Assembly: GCA_040389905.1 (NCBI GenBank)
Contig: JAZJZK010000058.1
Span: 1 to 31,018 of the forward strand
Origin: Gemmatimonadota bacterium
GTDB lineage: Bacteria; Gemmatimonadota; Gemmatimonadetes; Gemmatimonadales; Gemmatimonadaceae
Reading direction: 5' to 3'
Length of the DNA stretch: 31,018 nt
Under the pieces are notes generated by a model. That model was given only the letters and a program-made list of their open reading frames with translations. It was not told the DNA's origin and searched no databases. This document shows positions 16,708 to 25,737 of this stretch, one piece after another. Each line of letters starts with the position of its first letter. Positions within the stretch are counted from its first letter, which is position 1. A program made the translations under genes and the position numbers.

Positions 16708-16771
16708 GACGGCCCGCTCGCTCGCGCTCGCTTGACGGGTGACGGCCCGCTCGCTGACGCGCGCTGGACGG
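16708..16771 (-). repeat. Family A REP-like units (2 copies)
   Basis: Minus strand CCGTCAAGCGAGCGCGAGCGAGCGGG (16713-16738) and CCGTCCAGCGCGCGTCAGCGAGCGGG (16746-16771). Confidence 0.75.
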
Positions 16772-16785
16772 GAACAGCGGACCCG

Positions 16786-17208
16786 CTACTCGCCCATTGC
16801 CTTGAAGATCACTCGCTTCGGCCGCTGGCCATCCCACTCGCCGTAGAAAACCCGTTGCCAGGGGCCGAGGTCCAGCGCGCCCTTCGTCACAGGGACAATG
16901 ACCTCGTGACCCATCACGAGCGAGCGAAGGTGGGCTGCGGCGTTGTCTTCGCCGGTGCCGCGATTGTGCCGGTAGGCATCAGCGTCCCACGGCGCGATAC
17001 GCGTGTCCAACCACTCGAGGATATCGGCCCACAGACCGGGTTCGTGGTCGTTCACGAACACCGACGCCGAGATGTGCATCGCCGACACGAGCACCATGCC
17101 GTCCTCGATCCCCGCGGCGGCCCGGCAGCGCTCGACGTCGTCCGTGATGTCGATGATCTCCTGACGTTTCGACGTCCTGAACGTGCGGTAGCTGGTGGCG
17201 GTACGCAT
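16786..17208 (-). CDS. yjbQ: YjbQ / UPF0047 family protein (secondary thiamine-phosphate synthase family)
   Basis: MHISAS, YRHN...DNAAAHLRS and LDLGPWQRVFYGEWDGQR motifs. Confidence 0.93.
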   Translation of the reverse strand: MRTATSYRTFRTSKRQEIIDITDDVERCRAAAGIEDGMVLVSAMHISASVFVNDHEPGLWADILEWLDTRIAPWDADAYRHNRGTGEDNAAAHLRSLVMGHEVIVPVTKGALDLGPWQRVFYGEWDGQRPKRVIFKAMGE

Positions 17209-17253
17209 GCTGATCGTTTCCTGGGCAGATGGAGGGTGGCGGAGCGGCTGTTG

Positions 17254-17355
17254 CCGTGGAGCGAGCAACGCGAGCGGGCTGTCAAACGAGCGAAGCGAGT
17301 GGTTCGTCCAGCGAGCGCCAGCGAGCGAGCCGTCCAACGAGCGTGAGCGAGTGGG
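17254..17355 (+). repeat. Family A REP-like tandem array (4 copies)
   Basis: Four 25-26 nt units starting at 17254, 17279, 17304 and 17330, e.g. TCGTCCAGCGAGCGCCAGCGAGCGAG. Confidence 0.75.
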
Positions 17356-17413
17356 CAGCAGAGGCTATGTTTCCGAAAGAAACCTCTCCCCGCCGCGCCC
17401 GTAAGGAGTGTCC

Positions 17414-18646
17414 GTGAAGCAGGTTGGCTTTCGCGCTCGTCTGTTCCTGATCCTGCTGGGCTTCGCTCTCATTCCGACGATTGTCCTTTCGGCGGCGTGG
17501 GAGCTTACGGTTGTCCGCGCGTTGCCCCTACTGGGGACACTTCCCGCTATGGAGCGGATCGCGCAAACGGGGAACCGGGCCGTAACGGCAGCACGCGCCG
17601 CACCGCTGGATGATGGGCAGCGTGCGGCGCTCAGCGAGCATCAACGGGCGCTTTCGGAAGGGCTGTTGCGTGCGAAGCAGTTGGAGTTTCTCTGGGCACA
17701 TCGCGCACCGGTCGTGGCGGGCGCGGTGGCCCTCCTGGTTTCGATTCTTCTCACACTGGTCGCATCGCGAGTGGCGGGACATCTCAGTCGAAATCTCAGT
17801 CGCCCACTGAGTGAGTTGGTGGGCTGGACCGCGACGATTGAACGCGGCGAGCCGCTGCCCGAGGGCCCCCCGCGCCGCGGTGCCCCGGAGTTCGTGCTGC
17901 TGCGCAATCGCATGCGCGAGATGTCCATCGAGCTGCGTCTGGGACGCGCCCGCGCGTTGGAAGCAGAGCGCGCGACCGCACTCCGTGAATCAGCGCGGCA
18001 AGTCGCGCACGAACTCAAGAATCCGTTGACGCCGATTCGATTCGCGATCGCGCGGCTACGGCGCGAAGCACCGGAAAGCCTGGCAGAAACGATCGACGTA
18101 CTCGAAACAGAGTCCCGCCGGCTCGAAGAAATGGCACGGAGCTTCGCACAATTCGGCCGCCTCCCCGAGGGCCCGCGCGCACAGGTCGATCTCGGCGAAC
18201 TTGCGCGTTCGGTGTCGCGCAGCACGATCTCCTCCGGGCGAGCCCTCGACATCACCATCGACGAAGGCGTGCCGATGGTCCCCGGCCATGTCGATGCCCT
18301 CGGACGGGCGCTTACCAATGTGCTCTTGAATGCGGTGGAAGCCAGTTCGACCGATGCACCGCTCGCCGTCACGGTGCGGCGTGCGGAGCGCGGTGGGCGC
18401 GAGATGGTGGAGGTGGCCGTGCACGACGAGGGAACTGGCATTCCGGCGGCACGGCTCGATCGCATTTGGGAGCCGTACGTCACCCACAAGGCCGGTGGCA
18501 CAGGGCTTGGGCTGGCGATCGTTCGCCAGACGCTCCTCGCGCACGATGGTGCCGTCGAGGTGGAAAGTGAACCAGGTCGCGGAACGACGCTCCGGCTGCT
18601 GCTGCCCGTGGATGCGCCGCCGCTCGATTCCAAAGGAGTGTCATGA
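17414..18646 (+). CDS. Sensor histidine kinase (NtrY-like H-box)
   Basis: Two TM helices, HAMP-like linker, ARQVAHELKNPLTPI, NVLLNA, DEGTGI and GGTGLGL. AAGGAG SD before GTG 17414. Confidence 0.93.
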   Translation: MKQVGFRARLFLILLGFALIPTIVLSAAWELTVVRALPLLGTLPAMERIAQTGNRAVTAARAAPLDDGQRAALSEHQRALSEGLLRAKQLEFLWAHRAPVVAGAVALLVSILLTLVASRVAGHLSRNLSRPLSELVGWTATIERGEPLPEGPPRRGAPEFVLLRNRMREMSIELRLGRARALEAERATALRESARQVAHELKNPLTPIRFAIARLRREAPESLAETIDVLETESRRLEEMARSFAQFGRLPEGPRAQVDLGELARSVSRSTISSGRALDITIDEGVPMVPGHVDALGRALTNVLLNAVEASSTDAPLAVTVRRAERGGREMVEVAVHDEGTGIPAARLDRIWEPYVTHKAGGTGLGLAIVRQTLLAHDGAVEVESEPGRGTTLRLLLPVDAPPLDSKGVS

Positions 18647-18924
18647 TGGTCAGCCCCATTCTCATTCCCGTCATTTTCGTGTCGTCGATTCCCATTATTG
18701 CGATCGGCTACCCGCTCGCGCGTGCGATCGCGTCGCGGCTCGAACGACAGCCAGTCGGCTCGGGAGTGCCGAGCGATGTCGCACTCCGGCTCGAACGTAT
18801 GGAGCAGGCAATCGACACGATCGCCGTCGAGATCGAGCGGATCTCCGAAGGCCAGCGGTTCACCACCAAGCTGCTCTCCGACCGCGCCACTCCGGACGCC
18901 CCGTCCGGGGGCGAGCGGGGCTGA
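18643..18924 (+). CDS. Small membrane protein with C-terminal coiled coil
   Basis: N-terminal hydrophobic helix, then RLERMEQAIDTIAVEIERISEGQRFTTKLL. AAGGAG SD, ATGA overlap with the kinase gene. Confidence 0.8.
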   Translation: MMVSPILIPVIFVSSIPIIAIGYPLARAIASRLERQPVGSGVPSDVALRLERMEQAIDTIAVEIERISEGQRFTTKLLSDRATPDAPSGGERG

Positions 18925-18930
18925 CCACCC

Positions 18931-20310
18931 GTGTCCAGCGTACTGATTGTCGATGACGAACCGAACATCCGCAGGATGATCGGGGCGTTGCTCTCGAGCG
19001 AGGGGTACGAGGTGCGCGACGCCGCCGAGGGGGCAGTCGGTCTGGCGCGCGTTGCGGAGAGCTGCCCCGACGTCGTGCTGCTCGACCTGATGGTTCCCGG
19101 AGAGCTGGATGGGCTTGCGACGCTCGCGCGACTGCGGGAACTCGTGCCTGATGTTCCGGTGATCATGATGTCCGGCAAGGCAGGCCTGAGCGACGCCGTC
19201 CGCGCCACCAAGCTCGGCGCGTTCAACTTTCTCGAGAAGCCTCTGTCGCCCGAGGGCGTGTTGCTTGCGCTTGCCTCGGCGCTCGAGCTTCGTCGCGTTC
19301 GCCGCGAGGCGCGAACGCTCCGCGAGGATCTCGGGCTGGCCGGTCAGATGATCGGTGCCAGTGTGGCGATCGATCGCGTCCGCGCCCTGATCGCGCGCAT
19401 CGCGCCGACCGATGCGCGGGTCCTCGTGACCGGAGAGTCGGGCACGGGGAAGGAACTCGTGGCGGCCGCGATTCATTTCGGGAGTGCGCGGCGTGACCGG
19501 CCATTCGTACGCGTCAACTGCGCCGCGATCCCGCGCGACCTCGTGGAAAGCGAGATGTTCGGCCACGAGAAGGGATCGTTCACCGGTGCGACCGATCGGC
19601 GCATCGGGAGATTCGAGCTCGCACACACGGGTACGCTTTTTCTCGACGAAGTGGGCGACCTCGGCCTCGAGGCGCAGGCGAAGCTGTTGCGGGCGATCGA
19701 AGCGCGGGAAATCGAGAGAGTCGGCGGCGCAAAACCAATCCGCGTCGACGTACGCATCGTGAGCGCGACCAATCGCGACCTCGCACGCTGCGTGTCCGAC
19801 GGAACCTTTCGTGAGGATCTCCTCTTTCGCCTGAACGTGATTCCGATCGAGGTACCTCCGTTGCACGAGCGGCCGGACGACATCCCCGCGCTGGTGGCGC
19901 ATTTCTCCGCCATGCATCACGCGCGAACCGGCCGTCGTGCACCGACGTGGACGGAGGGAGCGCTCGCCCTGCTCGTGGGCTACCGGTGGCCCGGCAACGT
20001 GCGTGAACTCGCGAACATCGTGGAACGTCTCGCCATCCTGCACGCCGGGTCGGATGTGGATGAGCGTCACGTCCGCGCCGTCCTTCCCGTCGATGGCGGG
20101 TCGCGCCGCCAGGAGGAACCGCTGCCCGATCCGGCGCTCCTCGATCAATCGCTTTCGGATACGCTCGATGCGCATGAACGCACACTGATCGTCCGCGCAC
20201 TGTCCGCCGCCGGCGGAAACGTCGCCGAGGCGTCGCGACGACTGAAGACGGACCGCGCCAATCTTTACCGGCGGATGCGGCGCCTCAACATTCCGGTGGG
20301 CGATGAATAG
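18931..20310 (+). CDS. sigma54-dependent response regulator (NtrC/NtrX family)
   Basis: Receiver domain (VDDE...LLDL...KP), Walker A GESGTGKE, GSFTGA loop, FLDEV, WPGNVREL, and Fis-type HTH. Confidence 0.95.
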   Translation: MSSVLIVDDEPNIRRMIGALLSSEGYEVRDAAEGAVGLARVAESCPDVVLLDLMVPGELDGLATLARLRELVPDVPVIMMSGKAGLSDAVRATKLGAFNFLEKPLSPEGVLLALASALELRRVRREARTLREDLGLAGQMIGASVAIDRVRALIARIAPTDARVLVTGESGTGKELVAAAIHFGSARRDRPFVRVNCAAIPRDLVESEMFGHEKGSFTGATDRRIGRFELAHTGTLFLDEVGDLGLEAQAKLLRAIEAREIERVGGAKPIRVDVRIVSATNRDLARCVSDGTFREDLLFRLNVIPIEVPPLHERPDDIPALVAHFSAMHHARTGRRAPTWTEGALALLVGYRWPGNVRELANIVERLAILHAGSDVDERHVRAVLPVDGGSRRQEEPLPDPALLDQSLSDTLDAHERTLIVRALSAAGGNVAEASRRLKTDRANLYRRMRRLNIPVGDE

Positions 20311-22018
20311 CCCGTCGCGGCTCGCGATCCTCCTCGCGATCGTCGCGATCGGCACCACGCGCGCGGCGGGGGCACAGCAGCGCGACACGATCGCAGATCG
20401 GACCGTGCTGCCGCGCGACGTCGCGCGTGAAGTGGTCGCGCTGTTCAATGCGACGCGAGCGTTACGCGCGGTAGACCGGTTGGTGATCGATAGCGGCCGC
20501 ACCGTCACCGGCGACGTCGCGGTGCTCAATGGCCCGGTGATCGTCGCGGGACATGTGACTGGCCGAGTCCTGGCGATCAATGCGGACGTGATCCTGCGGA
20601 CGGGAGCACGCGTGGACGGCGATATTCTCGTTGTTGGCGGCGAGATCGAGGAAGCGAGTGGCGTGAGGATCGGTGGCGAGACGCGTGTGTACCACCCGCC
20701 GCTCCGATATTCACAGTCCGGCGACGAGCTGGTGGCGGAGTTGAATGGCACGGCCGACGAACAGTGGTGGAGGCGCCTCGAGCGACGCGGACGCAGCAAC
20801 TTCAACAGCTTCGAGCTTGCCACGGCCGGCGTCTACAATCGGGTCGAAGGGTTGCCAGTGCGCATTGGTCCGGTGCTCTATCGCGATCAAGGCTGGGGCC
20901 ACGTGCGTTTCGACGCGACGGCCATCGTCCGCACTGGCAGTAGTTTTTCAGGTCCGGAGCCGGACGTCGGCCACGATGTGCGTGGCGAAGTCCGAGTTGG
21001 ACGCCGCTTCGGCGCGACACTGGGTGGGCGCCTGTTCGACGTGGTGGAGGGCGTGGAGCAGTGGCAGCTGAGCAACGCCGAAGTCGGGCTCGCGACGTTC
21101 ATGTTTCACCGTGATTACCGCGACTATTTCGGCCGTCACGGCGGACGTATCTTCGGCGCATTGCGCGCCACCGAAAGCGCGGACCTGACGCTGAGCTACG
21201 GCGACGAGCGGTGGAACTCGCGTGTCGTGCGCGACCCGCTGACGATCTTCAAGAACGAGTTGCGCTGGCGCGACAATCCGTCGGTCGACGATGGACGCTT
21301 TCACGTCGCGAATCTCACGCTGCGCGTCGATACGCGAAACGACGTGTACAACCCATGGGCGGGCTGGTACCTGCTCGCTGATTACGAGCGCGGTACCGGG
21401 CAGATCGATCATCTCGGAGCCAGCTCCGTTGGGGTGCGTGCATCGACGGTCGGTCCCACGCGATATCAGCGCGCCTTCGTTGACGTCCGTCGCTACAACA
21501 GGCTCGGCCCCAGCAATGCGCTCAACCTGCGCGTCGTGATGGGAGGTTGGGTCAGTGGAGACGCGTTACCGTTGGAGCGGCGGTTGTCGATCGACGGACC
21601 TGGAACGGTGCCGGGCTTCGACTTTCGCGTCACCGGCGGAACGGATGTCGGCACGTGTGGCCTCGGGCCCGCCTTACCGGGTCGTCCCGCGCAGTGTGAA
21701 CGGATTTCGCTTGCGCAGCTCGAGTATCGCAATGACATCCGCATTTCCTCGACGGCCGGTGCGCCGGGCGAGCGGCGCACGCGCTTTCGTGCGGATGGCG
21801 CCTGGGTGTTTTTCGCGGATGCGGGACGCGGGTGGACGGTGAACGCCCCGGGGAGTCCTCTGAACATCGGCCGGCACGACCTTCCGCCGCTCTCCTCGTA
21901 TCGAACCGACATCGGTGGCGGGCTGGATTTCGACCAGATCGGGATCTACCTCGCAAAGGCGATTTCGGTACCGACGGAGGACCTCAACGTCTTCTTCCGC
22001 GTTCGGCACCGCTTCTAG
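20303..22018 (+). CDS. Outer-membrane protein: bactofilin-like beta-repeat N-terminus plus Omp85/BamA-TamA-like barrel
   Basis: Signal peptide, repeats VTGDVAVLNGPV / VTGRVLAINADV / VDGDILVVGGEI, YNRVEGL, DTRND, FADAGRGW, terminal Phe. Confidence 0.75.
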   Translation: MNSPSRLAILLAIVAIGTTRAAGAQQRDTIADRTVLPRDVAREVVALFNATRALRAVDRLVIDSGRTVTGDVAVLNGPVIVAGHVTGRVLAINADVILRTGARVDGDILVVGGEIEEASGVRIGGETRVYHPPLRYSQSGDELVAELNGTADEQWWRRLERRGRSNFNSFELATAGVYNRVEGLPVRIGPVLYRDQGWGHVRFDATAIVRTGSSFSGPEPDVGHDVRGEVRVGRRFGATLGGRLFDVVEGVEQWQLSNAEVGLATFMFHRDYRDYFGRHGGRIFGALRATESADLTLSYGDERWNSRVVRDPLTIFKNELRWRDNPSVDDGRFHVANLTLRVDTRNDVYNPWAGWYLLADYERGTGQIDHLGASSVGVRASTVGPTRYQRAFVDVRRYNRLGPSNALNLRVVMGGWVSGDALPLERRLSIDGPGTVPGFDFRVTGGTDVGTCGLGPALPGRPAQCERISLAQLEYRNDIRISSTAGAPGERRTRFRADGAWVFFADAGRGWTVNAPGSPLNIGRHDLPPLSSYRTDIGGGLDFDQIGIYLAKAISVPTEDLNVFFRVRHRF

Positions 22019-22020
22019 CG

Positions 22021-22656
22021 ATGATTGGAGCTGGCCGGACACTCGCGCTGCTCTGGGGTTGCCTGCTCTCCGTTGCCTCGGCAGCCGGGGCACAATCCAG
22101 GCGTCCAGCCCTTTCCATCGAGCCACCGGGAGCAGGCAGTTCGGGCGCGCTCGTTTCGGCGACCAGTCTCTTTGCGGACCAGTCGATGCGCGACCTGCTT
22201 CGCAGCGGCTTCCCGGCGTCGTTGCACTACCGGTTGGAGCTGTGGCGCGCAGGCGGATTGTTCAATGACCTCGAGTCGAAGGTGGAGTGGGAAGTCATCG
22301 TCCAGTACGATCCCTCCGCGCAACGCTACCTCGTTGCACGGCGGCAGGGCGGCAAGCTCGAAGAGGTCGGGACCTTTGCCACGCTCTCGACGGCACAGTC
22401 GGTGATCGAGCGGCCAGCGCGGATCATGTTGATCCCCGAGCGGGCCGGGTCACGGTACTACTACATTCTCGTGCTGGACATCGAGGCGCTGTCGGTGAGC
22501 GACATGGATCAACTCGAGCGCTGGCTGCGCGGCGTGAAGGGAGGAACCGCGGCGTCGGCCGTTGGAAACGGAATGCGAACGCTCATGCTGCGGATGCTCG
22601 GTGGGGAGAACAAGCATCTCTCGGCGCGCAGCGAGTTCTTTGTCGCCGAGAAGTAG
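22021..22656 (+). CDS. Secreted protein, DUF4390-like
   Basis: Signal peptide, LLRSGFPASLHYRLELWR and VQYDPSAQRY. Position in an NtrY/NtrX-like operon fits DUF4390, but the family assignment is tentative. Confidence 0.6.
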   Translation: MIGAGRTLALLWGCLLSVASAAGAQSRRPALSIEPPGAGSSGALVSATSLFADQSMRDLLRSGFPASLHYRLELWRAGGLFNDLESKVEWEVIVQYDPSAQRYLVARRQGGKLEEVGTFATLSTAQSVIERPARIMLIPERAGSRYYYILVLDIEALSVSDMDQLERWLRGVKGGTAASAVGNGMRTLMLRMLGGENKHLSARSEFFVAEK

Positions 22657-22667
22657 AGACTGCAGAA

Positions 22668-22758
22668 TGTCATCCCGAGCGAAGTCGAGGGATCTGCACG
22701 TGCCGCCTGTGTACGTGGTGCAGACCCGCTCGACTCGCTGCGCTCGCTCGGGGTGACA
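22668..22758. repeat. Palindromic intergenic repeat, family D (TGTCAYCCCGAGCGA... hairpin)
   Basis: TGTCATCCCGAGCGAAGTCGAGGGATCTGCACGT ... ACGTGGTGCAGACCCGCTCGACTCGCTGCGCTCGCTCGGGGTGACA forms a long imperfect hairpin. Confidence 0.8.
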
Positions 22759-22866
22759 GCCTTGAAACTAGAGGCACGAAGCAAGAATGCGTTTTCTTCA
22801 AAGAGTCCATGGCGAGATCCTACTCTCGCGCCCTCACTGAAGAAATCAAAGTTTTCTTCCGTTGAA

Positions 22867-22885
22867 ATCCGCTCAATCCGCGTTC
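22867..22885. repeat. Orphan half copy of family B repeat
   Basis: ATCCGCTCAATCCGCGTTC is 18/19 identical to 11486-11504. Confidence 0.65.
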
Positions 22886-22956
22886 AATGTGCCGGCGCGC
22901 CACTGCATGGCGGCACAGACTGCTCGGCCATTGCGCGCCGACAACAAAAAAGACAG

Positions 22957-23571
22957 CTATTCAATCGCTGTCCCTATCGGTTCCACTCGGCGCGCATCGG
23001 GATGCACTCGATGCTCCAGCGCCTCGAGTTGATGGAGAATCGCGTCACCGTAGAACGTCTTGATATAGCGGGCCTGCGTTTGCGTGAGACGCCGAACCGC
23101 CCAAGAGAGATGCACGAAGTGCGGCTCGACGGGATGCGTCAGCGGGTGCATGCCGATTTCGTGCGGCAGTCGATTCCCCTTGCGCGTATTGCACGGGGAA
23201 CAGGCGGTCACGACGTTCGTCCATTCGTTCTTGCCGCCGCGCGACATGGGGATGACGTGGTCGCGGGTCAGTGACTCGCGCGGACGCAGTTCCATGACCG
23301 GGCGACCGCAGTACTGGCAGCGATAGTGATCGCGGGCGAACAGGAATGTGTTCGTCACCTGCCGCCGAAAACGGCGCGGCACGTGGATGAACTTCGTGAG
23401 CCTGATGACTTGCGGACGCGGCATAGAGAGCCGTTCAGATCGGACCAGCCGGTCTGTCTCGGCCTCGATGATCTCCGCCTTCCCGTCGATGACGAGGCGG
23501 AGCGCCCGACGCATGGGGACCATGGTCAGGGGTTCGAACGACGCGTTCAGTGCCAGGCATCCGACGATCAA
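22957..23571 (-). CDS. HNH endonuclease (McrA-like family)
   Basis: LNASFEPL, RDHYRCQYCG and TRDHVIPMSRGGKNEWTNVVTACSPCNTRKG. TTG start after a GGAGGG SD. Confidence 0.9.
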   Translation of the reverse strand: MIVGCLALNASFEPLTMVPMRRALRLVIDGKAEIIEAETDRLVRSERLSMPRPQVIRLTKFIHVPRRFRRQVTNTFLFARDHYRCQYCGRPVMELRPRESLTRDHVIPMSRGGKNEWTNVVTACSPCNTRKGNRLPHEIGMHPLTHPVEPHFVHLSWAVRRLTQTQARYIKTFYGDAILHQLEALEHRVHPDARRVEPIGTAIE

Positions 23572-23594
23572 TCGTCCCTCCGGCGTTCTTACCG

Positions 23595-23623
23595 AAGTTA
23601 CGGTGCTGCCGGAGTGCATACAA
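23595..23623 (-). promoter_or_regulatory. sigma70 promoter for the HNH gene
   Basis: Minus strand TTGTAT-17 nt-TAACTT, ending 23 nt upstream of the TTG start. Confidence 0.55.
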
Positions 23624-23641
23624 GTGAATAGCCGAAGATCG

Positions 23642-24979
23642 CTATGGCGCCGCGAGCCACTCCTGAAGGCGATCCGCACTTTCCTGCACGCGACGCGGCA
23701 GCCCGTGGTCCTCGTCGACCAGCATTCCGTTGCGAACGAGGACCCTTCCCGCGACGACGGTGAGCGACGCCTGCGTCCCAGCAAGCCCGAAGATCGCCGC
23801 GGCAATTGGATCATGAACAGGTGCACGGTGTGCAGGCAGCGGGAACGCGGTGAGGTCTGCGGCCTTGCCGACGTCGAGGGTGCCGATCTCGTTCTCGAGC
23901 CCCAGCGCCGTGGCGCCACCGAGGGTTGCGAGCCGGAGGGCACTCGCGGAGGTCACAGCACCGTGGTGCAGTTCGCGCGCATTCGCGACGAGCGCGGCGA
24001 GGCGTGCCTCGTCGAGGAGATCCATGCGATCGTTGCTGGCCACGGAATCCGTGCCGAGTCCAACACGGACCGATGCGCGCAAAAGCGCGGCAAGCGGTGC
24101 GATCCCATGACCAAGCTTGGCGTTCGAAGCGGGACAGTGCGCGACTGCGGCGTCGTGCGCCTGGATTGCCGCGATGTCTTCGGCGTCAACCCGCACGCAA
24201 TGAATCAACAACGGATGAAGCTCGAGTATCCCCAGGTCATCGAGGAGTGCGATCGGTGTCCGTGCGCGCGCTGGCGTCTCGATGCCACGGGCACTCAGTG
24301 CCGTCGCAAACGCTCCACGCCCCTCGGTGACAAGTGCGGATTCGAGGTCACTCTCCGCGATGTGGACGGCGATCGGAAGGCGCATCGTCCGCGCAAACGC
24401 GCCGGTGGCGCGAAAGAGCGCATCGGAGACCGTGTAGGGTGCATGCGGAGATACGCCCACGCGTACGAGCGCGGTCGCGCGCGTGAGCATCTCGGTCACG
24501 CGGGCTTCAAGTCCCGCGATGGCCTCGGCGCACTGTGCGGGGTCGGGGCCGAACACCTCGCGATAGCAGATGCCCCGCACGCCACGCTCGAGCATCGCAT
24601 CGAACCCCGCTCCGGTATCACCCGTATCTGCAAACGTCGTAATGCCCGAGCGCAGCCCTTCTTCGACGCCCAGTCGCGCAGCATCCAACAGCATACGTGG
24701 CGACATCACGGCACGGCGCGCAAAGGTGAGGCGCAGAATCCATTCACGGAATGCCAGGCCGTCGAGGAAACCGCGCATCGCGGTGAGTTCGAGGTGGCAG
24801 TGGGTGTTCACCAGGCCGGGCATCAACAGCGCCTCGCCGAGGTCGACGTCCTCTCCTCCTTCGGGCGCCGTTGCGCGCGGACCTCGGTAGACGATGCGTC
24901 CCTGCTCCTCCACGACCGTTCCGTCCGGAATGGGCGCAACCGAAACAGGGCAGACCCATCGTGCGTGGTACCGGACCAT
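23642..24979 (-). CDS. Metal-dependent amidohydrolase (MtaD/SsnA-like deaminase family)
   Basis: PGLVNTHCHL, SPHAPYT, HIAES, HCPASNAKL, LGTDS and GKAADL motifs. Start overlaps the PHP stop. Confidence 0.9.
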   Translation of the reverse strand: MVRYHARWVCPVSVAPIPDGTVVEEQGRIVYRGPRATAPEGGEDVDLGEALLMPGLVNTHCHLELTAMRGFLDGLAFREWILRLTFARRAVMSPRMLLDAARLGVEEGLRSGITTFADTGDTGAGFDAMLERGVRGICYREVFGPDPAQCAEAIAGLEARVTEMLTRATALVRVGVSPHAPYTVSDALFRATGAFARTMRLPIAVHIAESDLESALVTEGRGAFATALSARGIETPARARTPIALLDDLGILELHPLLIHCVRVDAEDIAAIQAHDAAVAHCPASNAKLGHGIAPLAALLRASVRVGLGTDSVASNDRMDLLDEARLAALVANARELHHGAVTSASALRLATLGGATALGLENEIGTLDVGKAADLTAFPLPAHRAPVHDPIAAAIFGLAGTQASLTVVAGRVLVRNGMLVDEDHGLPRRVQESADRLQEWLAAP

Positions 24980-25737
24980 CAGAAGGTCGCGCCGGTACGA
25001 GACCCGTGACGCGCCGGATCGTAGAGCGCATCGTCCGCAACGCCGAGGCTTCTCGTCAGCGCGAGTGGAACGAGGATGTTGCCGACCTGGTCGCGCCGGT
25101 GGCCATCGGATCCGAGCGAGAGGCGCACGCCAGACTGCGCCGCGCGTTGCACCAGACGGTCGTGCGGCTGATAGCGCGCGGATACCTCGAACGCGATGCC
25201 CGCCGCGAGCAGCGCTTTTACCGCACGTTCCTCGAGCGCCTCGGTCCACAGCTCGTGAGGATCCAAGCTTCGCAGTGGAAGTGGAACGAGGGTCGGATGC
25301 GCGAGCACGTCGACGGGCATTTCGAGGGCCAGCGCCTCGATCGATGCGACCTGCGCTTGCATGTAGGTCGCCACCGATACGCCGTGCGGAAGCGTCGTCG
25401 AGAACGAACGGAAGAAGGTGCCGTCGCGAAGACGAATGGAGTGCAACGACCCAATGCGGTGAGTGAAGCGCCGAACGACATGCTCTGGCAGTTCGCGCCA
25501 CAACCGGTCGTGCCAGCAGAACTCTCCCCCGCGCAGGACATCATGCTGCTCCAGATCGTCCAGATACGCCTCGATGGCCGCGATGGAGTCGACGGTCGTG
25601 GGCGCATCGCGCGAGATGTGATCGGAGACGGACACCCGCACACCAAGTTCTACTCCACGCGCCGCGACCTCGTGCACGGTCATCACTCCGTCCGAGTGAG
25701 TCGAGTGCGCGTGGCAGTCCGTGGGCAACCAGCTCAT
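24979..25737 (-). CDS. PHP domain phosphoesterase (HisK/YcdX-like)
   Basis: DCHAHSTHSDG, SDH, IGSLH, LAHP and GSDGH motifs. Confidence 0.9.
   Translation of the reverse strand: MSWLPTDCHAHSTHSDGVMTVHEVAARGVELGVRVSVSDHISRDAPTTVDSIAAIEAYLDDLEQHDVLRGGEFCWHDRLWRELPEHVVRRFTHRIGSLHSIRLRDGTFFRSFSTTLPHGVSVATYMQAQVASIEALALEMPVDVLAHPTLVPLPLRSLDPHELWTEALEERAVKALLAAGIAFEVSARYQPHDRLVQRAAQSGVRLSLGSDGHRRDQVGNILVPLALTRSLGVADDALYDPARHGSRTGATF

Noticed and set aside
17641..20823. 1060-aa minus-strand ORF, and other long antisense ORFs such as 3488-4480, 23348-25009, 24871-26352 and 28016-29650
   Set aside because: Shadow ORFs opposite well-supported genes. They have Arg/Ser/Ala-rich composition with no motifs, as expected in high-GC DNA.
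22760..22866. AT-richer segment and ORF 22753-23274 as a gene or pseudogene
   Set aside because: No recognisable protein similarity, and most of the ORF is antisense to the HNH gene.
22957..23571. HNH gene as a defence island or IscB/Cas9-like system
   Set aside because: Short stand-alone McrA-like HNH with no RuvC motifs, no array and housekeeping neighbours.
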